Positions 10,206 through 21,744 of a DNA stretch of 64,000 nt are shown here, one piece after another. The notes beneath the pieces were generated by a model. That model was not told the origin of the DNA, did not search any database, and saw only the letters and a list, made by a program, of their open reading frames with translations. The stretch is from assembly GCA_963726455.1 (NCBI GenBank), contig CAVSCK010000004.1, forward strand, positions 1,216,001 through 1,280,000, written 5' to 3'. Numbering within the stretch: the first letter of the stretch is position 1; each line of letters begins with the position of its first letter. The stretch comes from an uncultured bacterium (GTDB taxonomy: Bacteria > Zixibacteria > MSB-5A5 > CAIYYT01). Made by a program: the position numbers and the translations under genes.

Positions 10206-12407
10206 TCACTTGCAGCCGGGCGCTGGGCCGCCGCTGAAGATATAAGCAATCAGATATACCACGTCGGAAATGTCGATGAAGCCGCTGCAGTCGGCATCGC
10301 CGCGGGTGAGTGGGTTCGGCGCCGGGCCGCCCGAGAAAATGTAAGCGATCAGAAAGACGGCGTCCGAGATGTCCACGTGGCCATCATTGTTGGCATCACC
10401 GATCTGCACGCCAATGACATGAATGAAGTCGCGAGTCTGGGTGAGCGGTGATGCGGCGGCGTCGGCAACTTGTAGCGTGTAATAGTAGGTGGAGGCATAA
10501 GTGGGCGTGCCGGTGACGGTTCCTTCCGAGTTCAAATTCAGTCCGTAAGGTATATCACCGCCGATCTGAGACCAGGTGTAAGGCGGCGTTCCGCCGACGG
10601 CTTCCAATTGCCAGTTGTAAGGCGTGCCGACCCTGCCCATGGGCGGCGCGAGACTCAGCATACGCATACCGAACGGAACGACCTCCACAGTGCGAAGAAT
10701 CCATTCCTGCGGATCGAAGAGTACATTCGTCACGGAATCGGCAAAGTGCAGCCGATAGAGCTGCTCTTTGCTGTCGTTCCAGATGACCGTGTCGACAGTT
10801 CCGGCGGTCGTCACAAATTGAGTGCGAATCGGCATCTTGAATGTCGTGGGCCCGGTCTGGGTCTGCCAGATGAAATAGTACAGATTGAAGCCGCCGCTCG
10901 TGTCGGGCTGGCAGTGCCAGGAGATTCTATAATCAGGGTGGCCGTCGCCGTAAATCCATTCCTGGAAAAACCAGTTCATGTCGGCGCCGACGCGTGATGA
11001 AACGAAGGCCGAGAATTCCTCGGTAGTAAGGGATTTGTATTTGTACGGTGAATCGGTGTACTCGCGCATGACACGGAAGAAGGTGGTATCGCCCAACACA
11101 CCTCGCAATTGGTGCACGACCCATGAGCCCTTGTCATAAGTCAGATTCGGGTCGAAGATGTCGTCGGTCTGGAGGTTCTCGACATAGACCGTGCCGGGAC
11201 CGAGATACTTCTGGGTCAGCATCCAACTAAGGTAGGCCGATGCCGAACCGTAATAGGACTCGAAGAAGATCGCTTCGGAGTAAGACGCAAAACCTTCTTT
11301 GAGCCAAATATGATTGAAGGTGCTGGCGGAAAGCATGTCGCCAAACCACTGATGGCCGTTTTCGTGGGCGATTACCCAATCGTCATAGAAAGTCGGGAGA
11401 TAGAAGACGCAGGTCTGGTGTTCCATGGCGCCGCCCCAACCGAAGTTGGCGCTGCCGTCTTTTTCGGTGATAAAAGGATATCGTCCCAAACTTGTTGCTG
11501 AGATGCGTGAGCACTTCGGGCACCCAGGTTTCGTACGCCAACTTGCTGGCCCCGGCATTGGGCAGAGTGTAAGTTACCAAGGGCATCGCGTAGCCGTCGT
11601 AATTCCAAATCCGTTCGTCATAGACAAAATCGGAACAGACGAGGCAGACCAGGTAGGTGGCAATCGGATAGTTGTGCTTGTAGTGAATCAGGTTTCGGCC
11701 GCCGCCAAGATTGACGTTGTCAACGACGACACCGTTGGAAGCGACCTTGTAAACGGACGGGTAGTCAATGACGATATCGACCGAGTCCGGTTTATCCAGC
11801 GGGTAGTCTTTGCAGGGCCACCAGTAGCGCGCCCCGAACGGCGAACACATGGTGTAGCATATAGGATAACCCGAGGCGTATTCAAAAAACATCCCGCGCC
11901 CGTCAGCATCGGTATACGGAGTGCCGTGGTAATACACTGACATGTCGAACTCGTCTCCAGAAGCGTAGGGCTGGGGAGTCGTGATAGATAACAGATGATT
12001 CAAGTGGGTGAATGTTGCGGTAGTACCGGCGAAGCGCACGGAATCAACAACGAGCTGATTGTGAAGATTGAGGTCGACGGCAGCCAGTGCGGCGACGCTA
12101 GAGCGAATCTTATAGTCGACATGTCCCTGGATGTTGAGGTGACGAAATCCAGTTTGATGTTGAGGCCGTAGTAGCGGACATCGAAGTCGGCCTGGTTGCC
12201 GTCGATCGGCAGTTTACGGTCAGCCAGTATCTCTCGGATTTGATTCTGATAGCCGGCGGCCTCAGCACGATAAAAGGCGTGTTGGGCATCCTGCAATTCC
12301 CGGATGTCGGCGGGACTCAGGTTGTTGTAGTTATAGGTCTTCTGCTGGCCGTAGGCGACGGCACAGACCAGAAGCACTGCTAGCAGCATTAGCAAACGGC
12401 GTGGCAT
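10206..12407 (-). CDS. Secreted M1-family metallopeptidase with Ig-like and dockerin-like C-terminal domains (two apparent frameshifts, near 12135 and 11480)
   Basis: Three ORF pieces join into one protein: signal peptide, DVRYYGLNI, ARYWWPCKD, GGAMEH, HENGHQWFG..WLKEGFASY, YDKG, dockerin GDANNDG/GDADCSG. Confidence 0.85.
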
Positions 12408-12596
12408 GTTACCTCCACTATATGGGTATGTCGGCGAGTAATCAGATTGTTCGTTGAGTTATAGATACATCATTTGAGGCGAATTGTCAAGGATTCAGCG
12501 ATGTATTGAGCGGTGGCAAATACGAAGGGCGGACACGTAAGGTCCGCCCGTCTTATTCAAACGCCCACAAGGGGCTGGACTACAATGATGCACCCA

Positions 12597-13814
12597 TCAC
12601 ATGCGGAAAAGAACCTCTTCGCGTTCGAACCACCTCTTGGCGAAATAAAGCGCCAACGCCGCAACCGCAAACAGCGAGACGAAGGCAGTTAATACATATT
12701 GCCATTCGACTGTGCCTGAAATCGCATCCTTTATGATAAGTGAAGTGTTTACGATCGGTATCATCGCCATCTGGTAATTGAGTTTCACACCGGGGACAAG
12801 CGCAACAAACGCCGGCAACACCAGGAAGATATTGAGGAAGCCGACATAGCCCTGTGCTTCTTTGGCGGATTTGGCGAATATCGACAGCGAGAGCAGAATC
12901 GCCGCAAAGATGCCGGCCAACGGAATGACGATAGCAAAGATCAGAACGACTGTTTGGAGATCGATCTGAATTGCCGTCATTTCCGCCATTCTTCGCATCG
13001 TCGGGTCACTTGAAATGTACTTGAAGAAAAGGGTCATGGATGCAAGTGACAACAAGCCGGCCGTCACCGACGTTAGAACCACAACCGCATATTTGCCCAA
13101 TATGAATTCGCCCCGAGTCGCAGGTGCCACCATCAGGGTCTCTATCGTGCCGCGCTCTTTTTCGCCCGCGCCGAGATCGATGGCGGGCGACATCGCACCC
13201 AGGAAGCAGGTGAGAATCAGGAAATATGGAATGAGTCCGCCGAGAGTCCTTCCCGCGTATTTCTGTGCCGTGGCAACGCTATAGTCCTGAATCGCGAATG
13301 GTTTGAGAACGTCTTCGGGAATCTGACGCCCCAGCACGCGCGTCTTCACGACACGGTTACGGTAACGGGACAATACGTCTCTGAGCTTGTCGTAGGCGAC
13401 AGCCGACTTCTCTTCTGCTTTATCATAGTAAATCTCGATGTCAGTCGGCGATTCGAGCTCGATAGCTTTGGCGAAGTTGTCCGGTACGATCACAAGTGCC
13501 TGAAACGACCCCAGCTTGAGTTCGTCCATTGGTTTCTTGTCAACGAAGTCGGCTTCGGATTTGATGAGAAAAGTGGTGTCAGTCGTCAGCGAGTCCCGCA
13601 AGTCTTGAGGAAGCTGGGCAATATTCTGGATGACTATGTCCGAGCGCGCAGCTTGAATCTTTTCGGCAGCGCCCATCTGGACTTTGAAGATGATCATCAT
13701 CAGGAGCGGGATGGTTATAATCGGCACCAAGAACGCAAAAATCATGGTACGGCGATCGCGAACCGTGTCCTTGAATTCCTTCTGGAAGATTGTTCCTATG
13801 TTCTTCAGTTTCAT
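12597..13814 (-). CDS. natB: ABC-2 permease, NatB-like
   Basis: IFQKEFKDTVRDRRT start and AIDLGAGEKERGTIETL motif. Confidence 0.8.
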   Translation of the reverse strand: MKLKNIGTIFQKEFKDTVRDRRTMIFAFLVPIITIPLLMMIIFKVQMGAAEKIQAARSDIVIQNIAQLPQDLRDSLTTDTTFLIKSEADFVDKKPMDELKLGSFQALVIVPDNFAKAIELESPTDIEIYYDKAEEKSAVAYDKLRDVLSRYRNRVVKTRVLGRQIPEDVLKPFAIQDYSVATAQKYAGRTLGGLIPYFLILTCFLGAMSPAIDLGAGEKERGTIETLMVAPATRGEFILGKYAVVVLTSVTAGLLSLASMTLFFKYISSDPTMRRMAEMTAIQIDLQTVVLIFAIVIPLAGIFAAILLSLSIFAKSAKEAQGYVGFLNIFLVLPAFVALVPGVKLNYQMAMIPIVNTSLIIKDAISGTVEWQYVLTAFVSLFAVAALALYFAKRWFEREEVLFRM

Positions 13815-13817
13815 CGC

Positions 13818-14550
13818 TCACTCTCCCACGATCTTGATGAAGGCGTCCTCGAGGTTGTTCTGACCGGTCGCCTGCAGGAGGTCGTTGCCCGTGCCTTCCT
13901 GGTAAATTCTGCCGTTATGAATAATCGCCATCCGATCGCAAAGACGCATCGCCTCGGACATGATGTGGGTCGAGAAGATCACGCACTTGCCGTCGTCGCG
14001 GCAGCGTTTGATGAAGTCGACGATCGTGCGCGAGCTCATGACATCGAGACCAGAGGTCGGCTCATCGAACACCATCACTGGCGGGTCATGAAGCACCGAG
14101 CGGACGATGGAGACTTTCTGCTTCATGCCGGTCGACAGCTTTTCGTTGCGCGAATCGGCAAAGTCCTTCATATCCAGCAGGGCAAAAAGCTCGTCCGTCC
14201 GGCGACGAATCAGCTCGCTTGTCCATGCCGTAGAGACTGCCGAAATAAGCGACCATTTCCCTCGCCGTAAGGCGACCATAGAGGCCGGTGTTGCCGGAGA
14301 GAAATCCGATCTGGGAACGGACTTTTTGGGGGTCGGCCGCAACGTCGGTGCCGTTGATTATGGCCGTGCCGGAAGTCGGTTTAAGGGCGGTTGACAGTAT
14401 GCGAAGGGTGGTTGTCTTGCCGGCGCCATTGGGGCCGAGGAGTCCGTAGACTTCCCCTGCCTTGCAGGAGAACGAAACGTTGTCTACGGCCTTGACGATA
14501 CCGCGCTTCTTGTCCTTGAAATTCTTGCAGAGTTGCCTTGCTTCGATCAT
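13818..14550 (-). CDS. natA: ABC ATP-binding protein, NatA-like (one apparent frameshift near 14216)
   Basis: Walker A GPNGAGKT in the 5' piece; [17 protein letters not shown] and STH in the 3' piece. Confidence 0.8.
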
Positions 14551-14823
14551 CAGGAATCTCGCGTTAGGGTTGGTTACGACACTAAATGGTAGTAGTATAC
14601 CGGTACCACCCCGGAAATGTTACAAAAAACACGCTGGCGCGCCGACATTCGCGGCGAGGGCGGCTGGATGCCCATTGATGCTTCGTTTTTCTGCCAGAAG
14701 AGTCCGCTCAGGATTCGTACAATTATTAAGGTAGCCGACGGCTTCCGCTCTCCTTGTGACTTGCATCTGGAACTTATCTGCCGCCGGGGTGGTTTATTGA
14801 AATATGTCGTAAGGAGTATTGAT

Positions 14824-15498
14824 ATGCAGAATCACAAAGGAAATGCAGCATTGATCGCGCTGCTCGCAGCATTGTATTATCTTGCGTCGGCCAGTGCTGT
14901 CTTCGCCACAATCCACAGGATCGACGTCGGCAATTTCTCATTTACGCCGGCAAAGACCCATGTACAACCGGGTGACACCGTCAGATGGCTCTGGGCCAAC
15001 GGTACCCACACCAGCACTACGGATCCCAGTTCGCCCAAACAATGGAGCTCGCCGGTCCTGTCGCTGACCAATCAATCTTTTCAGGTTGTATTCTCAGCCG
15101 GTGACGGCCCCGGACCATTCCCCTACCATTGCATCTACCATGAAGTGCTTTACAACATGAAGGATACAATCTTTATGACAGCATCGGGCGTCGAGGTTGA
15201 TCCCGAGGGTACCCTGCCGGGAGATTTTTCGGTCGAGCAGAATTATCCGAATCCGTTCAATCCCTCGACCACTATTAAGTTCACTTTACCGCGGCCTTCG
15301 GAAGTAGTACTCAGTGTGATCAACGTTGAGGGCGAGACCGTGTCACAACATCCGCTCGGCATGTTACAGGCGGGCTCGTATTCGGTCCAGTGGGACGGCA
15401 GAAACTCAGCCGGCGAGATGTTACAGTCGGGGGTCTATTTCTACCGAGTCAAGGCCGGAGAATTTGTCGAAACGCGAAAGATGGTGCTGCTGAAATAA
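14824..15498 (+). CDS. Secreted plastocyanin-like cupredoxin with FlgD/T9SS-type C-terminal tail
   Basis: AAGGAG RBS; SFTP...PGDTVRW, HTST, YHCIYH...M type-1 Cu ligands; QNYPNPFNPSTTI...SGVYFYRV...KMVLLK tail. Confidence 0.8.
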   Translation: MQNHKGNAALIALLAALYYLASASAVFATIHRIDVGNFSFTPAKTHVQPGDTVRWLWANGTHTSTTDPSSPKQWSSPVLSLTNQSFQVVFSAGDGPGPFPYHCIYHEVLYNMKDTIFMTASGVEVDPEGTLPGDFSVEQNYPNPFNPSTTIKFTLPRPSEVVLSVINVEGETVSQHPLGMLQAGSYSVQWDGRNSAGEMLQSGVYFYRVKAGEFVETRKMVLLK

Positions 15499-15528
15499 TT
15501 CCCGCCAGGCCGCACAGGTTTCTGGTTT

Positions 15529-17841
15529 CTATTGTTTCCTGTCGACGCAGAGAACCGACTTGTAAGGGTTGAAATAGAAAGTCGTCGGTTTGTACGGCAC
15601 CTTCGGCAAGGTGATATGTTTCGTCGTCTGGTCGATATCGAGACGGACGGTTGAATGATAGTCGCCTTCCATAATGACTGTGAACGGAACCAACATCCTG
15701 AACTCGGGACCAACCCCTTCCGTAATCACATCGATGCTAATCAAATAACCACCATCCGGTTCCTGCGTCACGTTGGTTGACCACTTGTAGGTCGGAATCT
15801 GGGTTGTGTAAATCCACTCGTTGAAGAACCAATCCAGTTTCGAGCCATAATGCTTTTCGGCCACGCGGATAAAGTCGGGCGTCGAGGCCTCCTGCCAACT
15901 GTACTGCTGCAGGTAGTCCTTGAGCATGGCGTTAAATTTGGAATCGTCGCGCTTGGCGAAATCAAACATCATCATCCGCAACATATAGAGGACGTAGGCG
16001 CCCTTACTGTACACGAGCGTTGTGTAGTCGGCGGAGTGTGACGAAGCCAACCGCACGCCCATCCAAATCGGCCCGGCGGCGTTGCCTTCCTGATAGGCGA
16101 TTGGATTGCCCCAAATATCATGCCCGCCCGATTGCAGAACATCTTCGCGCCAGCGGTCCATCAATTCCATGAACTTGCCGCGATATTTCTGGTCATTCAG
16201 GTATTTGCGCTGCACATACCACGAGCCCATGTATTCGGCGAAGCCCTCGGAGAGCCACTGATCGTGATAGCTTTGCCACCCCACCAGGTGTCCCCACCAT
16301 TGGTGGGCGACCTCATGGGCGCGAAAGGCATCATCGTACGGGATTAGTTGAGACTCGAAAGTGTTCCAGGCCAGATGCAGGAATCCGGGCATGCCCTGAC
16401 CATGGGCATCGGGAATTTCCGTGGCGAGCAATTTGGGAAAAGGATAGTGCGTCAACTCCATTGAGAACAAGGTTGCCGACTGGCTGATGTCGAGGAGTAC
16501 GTTCTCCAGCATACCGGCGGAGCTGGCGAGATGGTCTTTGCTGCGATAGACCTGAATCGGAATGCTGTCGGCGGTAGTAGTGCTGTCGCACTTGAAGTCG
16601 CCATAGTTGTAGGAGATTGCTGCCACCGGGAAATCGGAAATGTCCCATTCAGTGATGCGGAAGCCATCTTCGATCTCTATCTGATAGCTTTTTGCCGACT
16701 GAAAGGAAACGTATTCTGCTCGGGACAGGCGAATTTCAATTTGAATTTGCAGCGCTTTAAGTAACCGTAGTTCGGGTACCACTTGGTCGAACTGACGAGC
16801 AAATTGGTTCCCCAGGGACTTTTCCAGAGCATTCCCTTGGAGCTATAGACGAAAGTGAGAGTCCCGCGCTCGCCTTTGGCAAGAGATTTGGCGAGGTAAA
16901 CGGTGATTCCGCCCTCTTTCTTCAGCTTCTGAAAAAAGAGCGAGTCTCCGGCGCCATCGGTGATCTTGATAGTCTCCAACATCAGGTCGGGAAAGATCGA
17001 AAAACGAATTACCTGCAGGTTATCGACTTTGGAGATGAACGACAGCTTAATGTCGAGATCGGATTTGGCGGACTGCCAGATTTTGCCGTTGATATCGTAT
17101 TCGAGACTGTCGATTACGTCCTTGTTTTCGTGGTCTGGCCCCCACTGAGACTGTTGATATTGGTCGGGAGAATGGAAGCTGGAGATGCATTCAGGAAAGG
17201 CATCAGACGCAGTTGTCGAATGCTTGTAGAGACTGACCTCCTCGACTTCCTTGGGGTCATACATAAAGACGACATTACCGCAGGGTGCTTTGAAACGTGC
17301 GCGGAAACTGCCGGGTTGATCCTTCTGCAAGAGCTCGGACAGAATCTGGGCGGAGAAGGTTTCCAGGAATTCATCCTGAACGTAGTTGATGAAACCGGCA
17401 AGCGCTGTCTGCTGGGACCCGGCTTCCTTGACAGCTCTGAAATGAGCACTGCTGCTGCAATTCGGAGATGAAACTATCGGTCGCAAAGAAGGCAACTTCT
17501 TTCACGTCCCAGGCCGCAACGGAATCTTTGCAGAGTTTCGCGAACATATATTTTTCGGCTGAATTGGGAGGCGTCATTTCGAACCGGCCCTTGCCGCTGA
17601 AGACGGCGGCAATCACACGACCAGACACCGGTTGGGCAAAGGTAATCGTGCCGCTCTGGAGCGTAAACTTTGCCCCTCCGCGTTCGATGACAAGGTTCTT
17701 GACTTCTGCCTGTTTGGTGAGATCGATCTTGATGTTGTCGATACTGTCGGCGACGGCGGGTAGGTCAGTCGAGTAACCAAATGCGGTTGAGACAAGCAGC
17801 AGCGAGGCAGCCGCTGCCCAGCAATGGCGCAGCAGATTCAT
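15529..17841 (-). CDS. Secreted M1-like zinc metallopeptidase (two apparent frameshifts, near 17430 and 16700)
   Basis: Signal peptide; HEVAHQWWG...WLSEGFAEY; YSKG; three overlapping ORF pieces. Confidence 0.8.
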
Positions 17842-17920
17842 GAAGCTCTCCCTATTCTTGATCCTGCAAGGCTAAATGTCGACTACAGCCATCAGTCGAC
17901 CGGAATCGGCAATGTGTTCT

Positions 17921-18256
17921 TTACTTGTCCTTGAGGGCAGCGTCCACGGAATCGTAGACGTTGAACACCTCAGTGAGACGCGAAATCACCATAATGCGTT
18001 CGATCTTGTCGGTCAGATTGGCGAGTTTCAGCTCGCCGCCGGCATCACGAAACTTCTTATAATGGTGGATCAGAATCGACAACCCGGAAGAGTTGATCCA
18101 CTCACAACCGGAGAGGTCTACGACGGCGACTTTGGTGCCCTTGCCTAGGAGTGAGTACAGTTTCTCGTCAAGTTCGCCGGTATCGGGACCACCCATCATT
18201 TTCCCCTGTATGGTGATTATCGCAGCGCCGCTTTTTTCCGAGACATTTACTTTCAT
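17921..18256 (-). CDS. STAS-domain anti-sigma factor antagonist
   Basis: VVDLSGCEWINSSGL motif; GGAGG RBS before the ATG at 18256. Confidence 0.9.
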   Translation of the reverse strand: MKVNVSEKSGAAIITIQGKMMGGPDTGELDEKLYSLLGKGTKVAVVDLSGCEWINSSGLSILIHHYKKFRDAGGELKLANLTDKIERIMVISRLTEVFNVYDSVDAALKDK

Positions 18257-18528
18257 TCGTCCTCCGATTTTGTGGCCAGTGTTGCTAAGGCCGTTTCCTT
18301 TGCCAAAGATACGAAACGATCCCCGCAAATAAAACCACTAAGTTTCCGAATTTTAGAATTGAAGAACGAGGCAAAACATAAATCAAACAGAATCCTCACA
18401 ATGAGTTGGACTGCTCGCCGGTACAACACGGCGCCCGCAAACTGAGTGTGGTTTCAGGTTGGAACGAGTGCGTTAGCCGCTAACATTGAAGGTGATGAGA
18501 GCTGCAAACTTGACCGATAGTTTCCAGT

Positions 18529-19344
18529 ATGTGTCGCCTCGAACGCATGCAGAGTCCGGGTGCGACGGGAAACGAATTTGCAGCGTCAAGGGAGCTAGTC
18601 ATCGATACTACGTTGATACAATCCGGATCGAACCAGACGATGCACAGCGAAGATCAGGAAAGTCTCGTACTGTTTCTGATTCATGATCTGGAAGGTCCAC
18701 TGGCCGCGATGCAGACGATGTTGCGGCTCCTGGATGGCAGGCGCTTTGACCCAGCGTCCAAGCTTCACGCTCAATTGCTGCAGTCGACCCATGCGGCAAT
18801 GGACCGCGCCAGACTCATTGTGAGTGATCTGCTTAGCGTGAGCAAACTCGAGCAGGACTCACTCGTGATCGCGTGGGAGGAATTCCCGCTGACGGAAACT
18901 GTAAACGAAAGTGTCAAGCTGGCACTCGCGGCATCGACCGATCAGGACGTAACGGTACAGGTGACTCCATTCGATCAGGAGCTGATCGCGCGGGCTGACC
19001 GCAAACTGTTGTCGCGTGTGATTGACAACGTGCTCTTCAATGCTGTCCGGCATGCGGACCCTGGTTCTCGCGTCCGATTATCAGTGGAAGATGGAGTGGA
19101 GCAGATCATTATACGGGTCACGAATAGCGGCGAAGGGCTTGGCGCCCTCGACCCTAATGAACTGTTCGAAAAATTCAAGCAGGTTAGGCACCGTCGCAAT
19201 TCCAACCATCGGGGCGTCGGATTGGGCCTATACTTCTGCAAGCTGGCAGTGACAGCAATGCAAGGTGAAATCAAAGCTTTCAACACTGATGCCGGAGAAA
19301 CATGCTTCTCGATATCGGTGCTAAAGGGAGGATACGCGCAATGA
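18529..19344 (+). CDS. Histidine kinase with only HisKA and HATPase domains (start may be 18640)
   Basis: H-box HDLEGPL, N-box NVLFNAVRH, F-box LFEKF, G2 GVGLGL. Confidence 0.85.
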   Translation: MCRLERMQSPGATGNEFAASRELVIDTTLIQSGSNQTMHSEDQESLVLFLIHDLEGPLAAMQTMLRLLDGRRFDPASKLHAQLLQSTHAAMDRARLIVSDLLSVSKLEQDSLVIAWEEFPLTETVNESVKLALAASTDQDVTVQVTPFDQELIARADRKLLSRVIDNVLFNAVRHADPGSRVRLSVEDGVEQIIIRVTNSGEGLGALDPNELFEKFKQVRHRRNSNHRGVGLGLYFCKLAVTAMQGEIKAFNTDAGETCFSISVLKGGYAQ

Positions 19345-20231
19345 GACTCGAAGCAGAATCGTATCTCAAATCTGGCTCCAATGAGGTCAGAATCCTGGAA
19401 TATCGGCTGGGGGGAAGGTCGTTTGGCATCAACATCCTGAAAGTGAAACGGATCGTCAATGAACTGCCACTATTAACTGGAACGCCGAACTCGCCGGAGC
19501 ATGTAGTCGGCGTGTTCCGTGATCGCGAGAGTGTGGTACCGGTGATTGATCTGATGTCCTACCTGGGATTGTCGGATGTCGAGAAAATCGCACACAAGAA
19601 AGTCATCATCACCGAATTCTTTGGCGTGCTCAACGCCTTCTTCGTAGATCATATCGACTGGATACATCATTTCCGCTGGGAAGACGTGATCGATGCCGAC
19701 TCGGTGCTGGCGGCCTTTGATCATAAATATGTGATCGGGATTGTCAAACCGACTGAGAGCCGGATGATACAATTGCTCGATTACGAGACCATCATTCTCG
19801 GGCTGAGTCCCAGTCTGCGTTCGAGGGAGCTGGCGAAAGTGCGCGATCTCAATCATCCATCCTCTGGAAAGCGCGTGCTGATCTCGGAAGATTCGCAGTC
19901 CGTGCGCGACATGCTGACAGTAGAATTATCGGAATACGGGTTTGAGGTTGTCTCAGCCAAGAACGGCCAGGAGGCGCTGGCTCATATCGAGGCGGGTGAA
20001 CTGTTCGACCTCGTGATCTCAGATGTCGAAACACCACAGATGGACGGGTTGGCGCTGACCTGCGCGATCCGCAATCGCGAAGAAACCAGCGATTTGCCGG
20101 TTATCATCTATTCGTCGATCGGCGATCTGGGAATGAAGAAACGCGCCGAATTTCTTAATGCCAGTGCCCATATCACCAAGCTCAATGTTGAAGAGTTGCT
20201 GGAAAAGGTAACTGAGCTGACGACGAACTAG
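19341..20231 (+). CDS. cheV: CheV (CheW + receiver)
   Basis: FGINILKV CheW domain; receiver with EDS, SDVETPQMDG and conserved Lys. Confidence 0.85.
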   Translation: MRLEAESYLKSGSNEVRILEYRLGGRSFGINILKVKRIVNELPLLTGTPNSPEHVVGVFRDRESVVPVIDLMSYLGLSDVEKIAHKKVIITEFFGVLNAFFVDHIDWIHHFRWEDVIDADSVLAAFDHKYVIGIVKPTESRMIQLLDYETIILGLSPSLRSRELAKVRDLNHPSSGKRVLISEDSQSVRDMLTVELSEYGFEVVSAKNGQEALAHIEAGELFDLVISDVETPQMDGLALTCAIRNREETSDLPVIIYSSIGDLGMKKRAEFLNASAHITKLNVEELLEKVTELTTN

Positions 20232-20431
20232 CGCCACCACACCGGTCTCGGCCAATTTACTCTAGGAACCGCGCAGATTACTTCGTCGTCCTCTCACTGC
20301 TCTTCAGCACATTACTCTCTTCACAAGGCCTGAAGGCGGCTTCTCAACAGTCACCCCACATCATAGAATGAGCTTGCCAACCAGGTGCCTCCAGTGTAAG
20401 ATTCTTTAGGCGAGCTATCGACCGGGATGGA

Positions 20432-21652
20432 ATGAGGAATTACCACAGCGAACCAGTCCGAAAAATCATAACTAGTATCGGAACGCGATTAGTCCATGCG
20501 GCGGGGTCACTAATGGTAAGGCCGTTTCTGGCCCGTCCGGTTGCCAAGGATCTTCTCGAAAAAAACGAGCCGCGCTTTCTTTACGTCAGTTTAGCGTACC
20601 GTGGAGACCTGATTCTCTGTTTCCCAGCGATTCGCGCTATCAAACGAAAATTTCCCAAGAGCAAGTTGACTTGCTGGGTCAAGAGTTACAATGTTCCGTT
20701 GGCTCTGATGAACCCTGACATTGACGAAGCCATATCCTATGACTCTTATTCATCGCAAGGCATTCTTCTGCCCCTGGAGTTTATCAGGTTGGCCAGACAT
20801 CGGCCGTTCCTGGAAACTATCAGAGACCGTCACTTTGACTGTATGGTTGACGAAGCGGGATCGGGATTCAGTGCGATGATCGGCGCATTGGCGCGAATTC
20901 CCTATCGTCTCGGCAGAAATGCCCAGGGATATGGATTCCTACATCATGTCGAGTTGCCATATGAAGATGAAGGACATCTGGTGGATCGGAAGGTTCGGTC
21001 GCTTGCAGCGATGGGAATTTCGCTCGAAGATTTTTCTGAGTTGTCCCCTACAATTCGGGTCAAGGCCGAAGAGGCACAACACGCGGTTGAGCAAGCCGGT
21101 ATCCCGAGCGATTGCCAGGGGTTCTTTACTGTGCAGCCATACTCCGGCTGGACGGCGAAAGAATGGTCAGACAAAAAATTCGCCGAAGTAGTTGAGAAAT
21201 TCGGAAGTGTCGCCGGCCTCACTCCTGTGTTCATCGGCAGTTCAGAGGACGTGGTTCGTCTCACGGCTGTCTGCTCAGGGATAAATATTGAGTGTATCAT
21301 CGCTGCCGGAAAACTGGAGCTTGCAGAAACGGCGGCATTAATATCCAGAGCACAAATGCACATTGGCGTTGATTCGCTTGGTTCACATGTTGCTGCGGCA
21401 ACGGGCGTGAAGAGCTTGACGCTGTTCGGCCCGACCAACCCCAGATTGAGCGCCGCACGGAACGTCACGACGGTCAGCATATACAAGAGAATCCAGTGCT
21501 CCCCTGCCAGCGACAGGCAATATTGTGCTAAAGATGCAGGTCGCAGTTGTTCCAACATTGAATGTATGAAGCAACTGACTGTCGAGGAAGTTATGGACGC
21601 CCTGCTGAAACTCTGGCGTGGAGAAGTTGAGTCGACTATATTTGAAGTATAG
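20432..21652 (+). CDS. Glycosyltransferase family 9 (heptosyltransferase-like)
   Basis: YRGDLIL, AKEWS, AGKLELAETAALI, IGVDSLGSHVAAA, LFGPT motifs. Confidence 0.85.
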   Translation: MRNYHSEPVRKIITSIGTRLVHAAGSLMVRPFLARPVAKDLLEKNEPRFLYVSLAYRGDLILCFPAIRAIKRKFPKSKLTCWVKSYNVPLALMNPDIDEAISYDSYSSQGILLPLEFIRLARHRPFLETIRDRHFDCMVDEAGSGFSAMIGALARIPYRLGRNAQGYGFLHHVELPYEDEGHLVDRKVRSLAAMGISLEDFSELSPTIRVKAEEAQHAVEQAGIPSDCQGFFTVQPYSGWTAKEWSDKKFAEVVEKFGSVAGLTPVFIGSSEDVVRLTAVCSGINIECIIAAGKLELAETAALISRAQMHIGVDSLGSHVAAATGVKSLTLFGPTNPRLSAARNVTTVSIYKRIQCSPASDRQYCAKDAGRSCSNIECMKQLTVEEVMDALLKLWRGEVESTIFEV

Positions 21653-21684
21653 AGTCGGCTGTGATTGCCATTATTCGATTGAAG

Positions 21685-21713
21685 TTGACGCGCGACTGAC
21701 GTTCTGCTATAAT
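21685..21713 (+). promoter_or_regulatory. Putative sigma70 promoter
   Basis: TTGACG-N17-TATAAT with extended -10 TG. Confidence 0.55.
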
Positions 21714-21744
21714 CGGGCGGCGGATAAACGAAAAGGATACAAAC

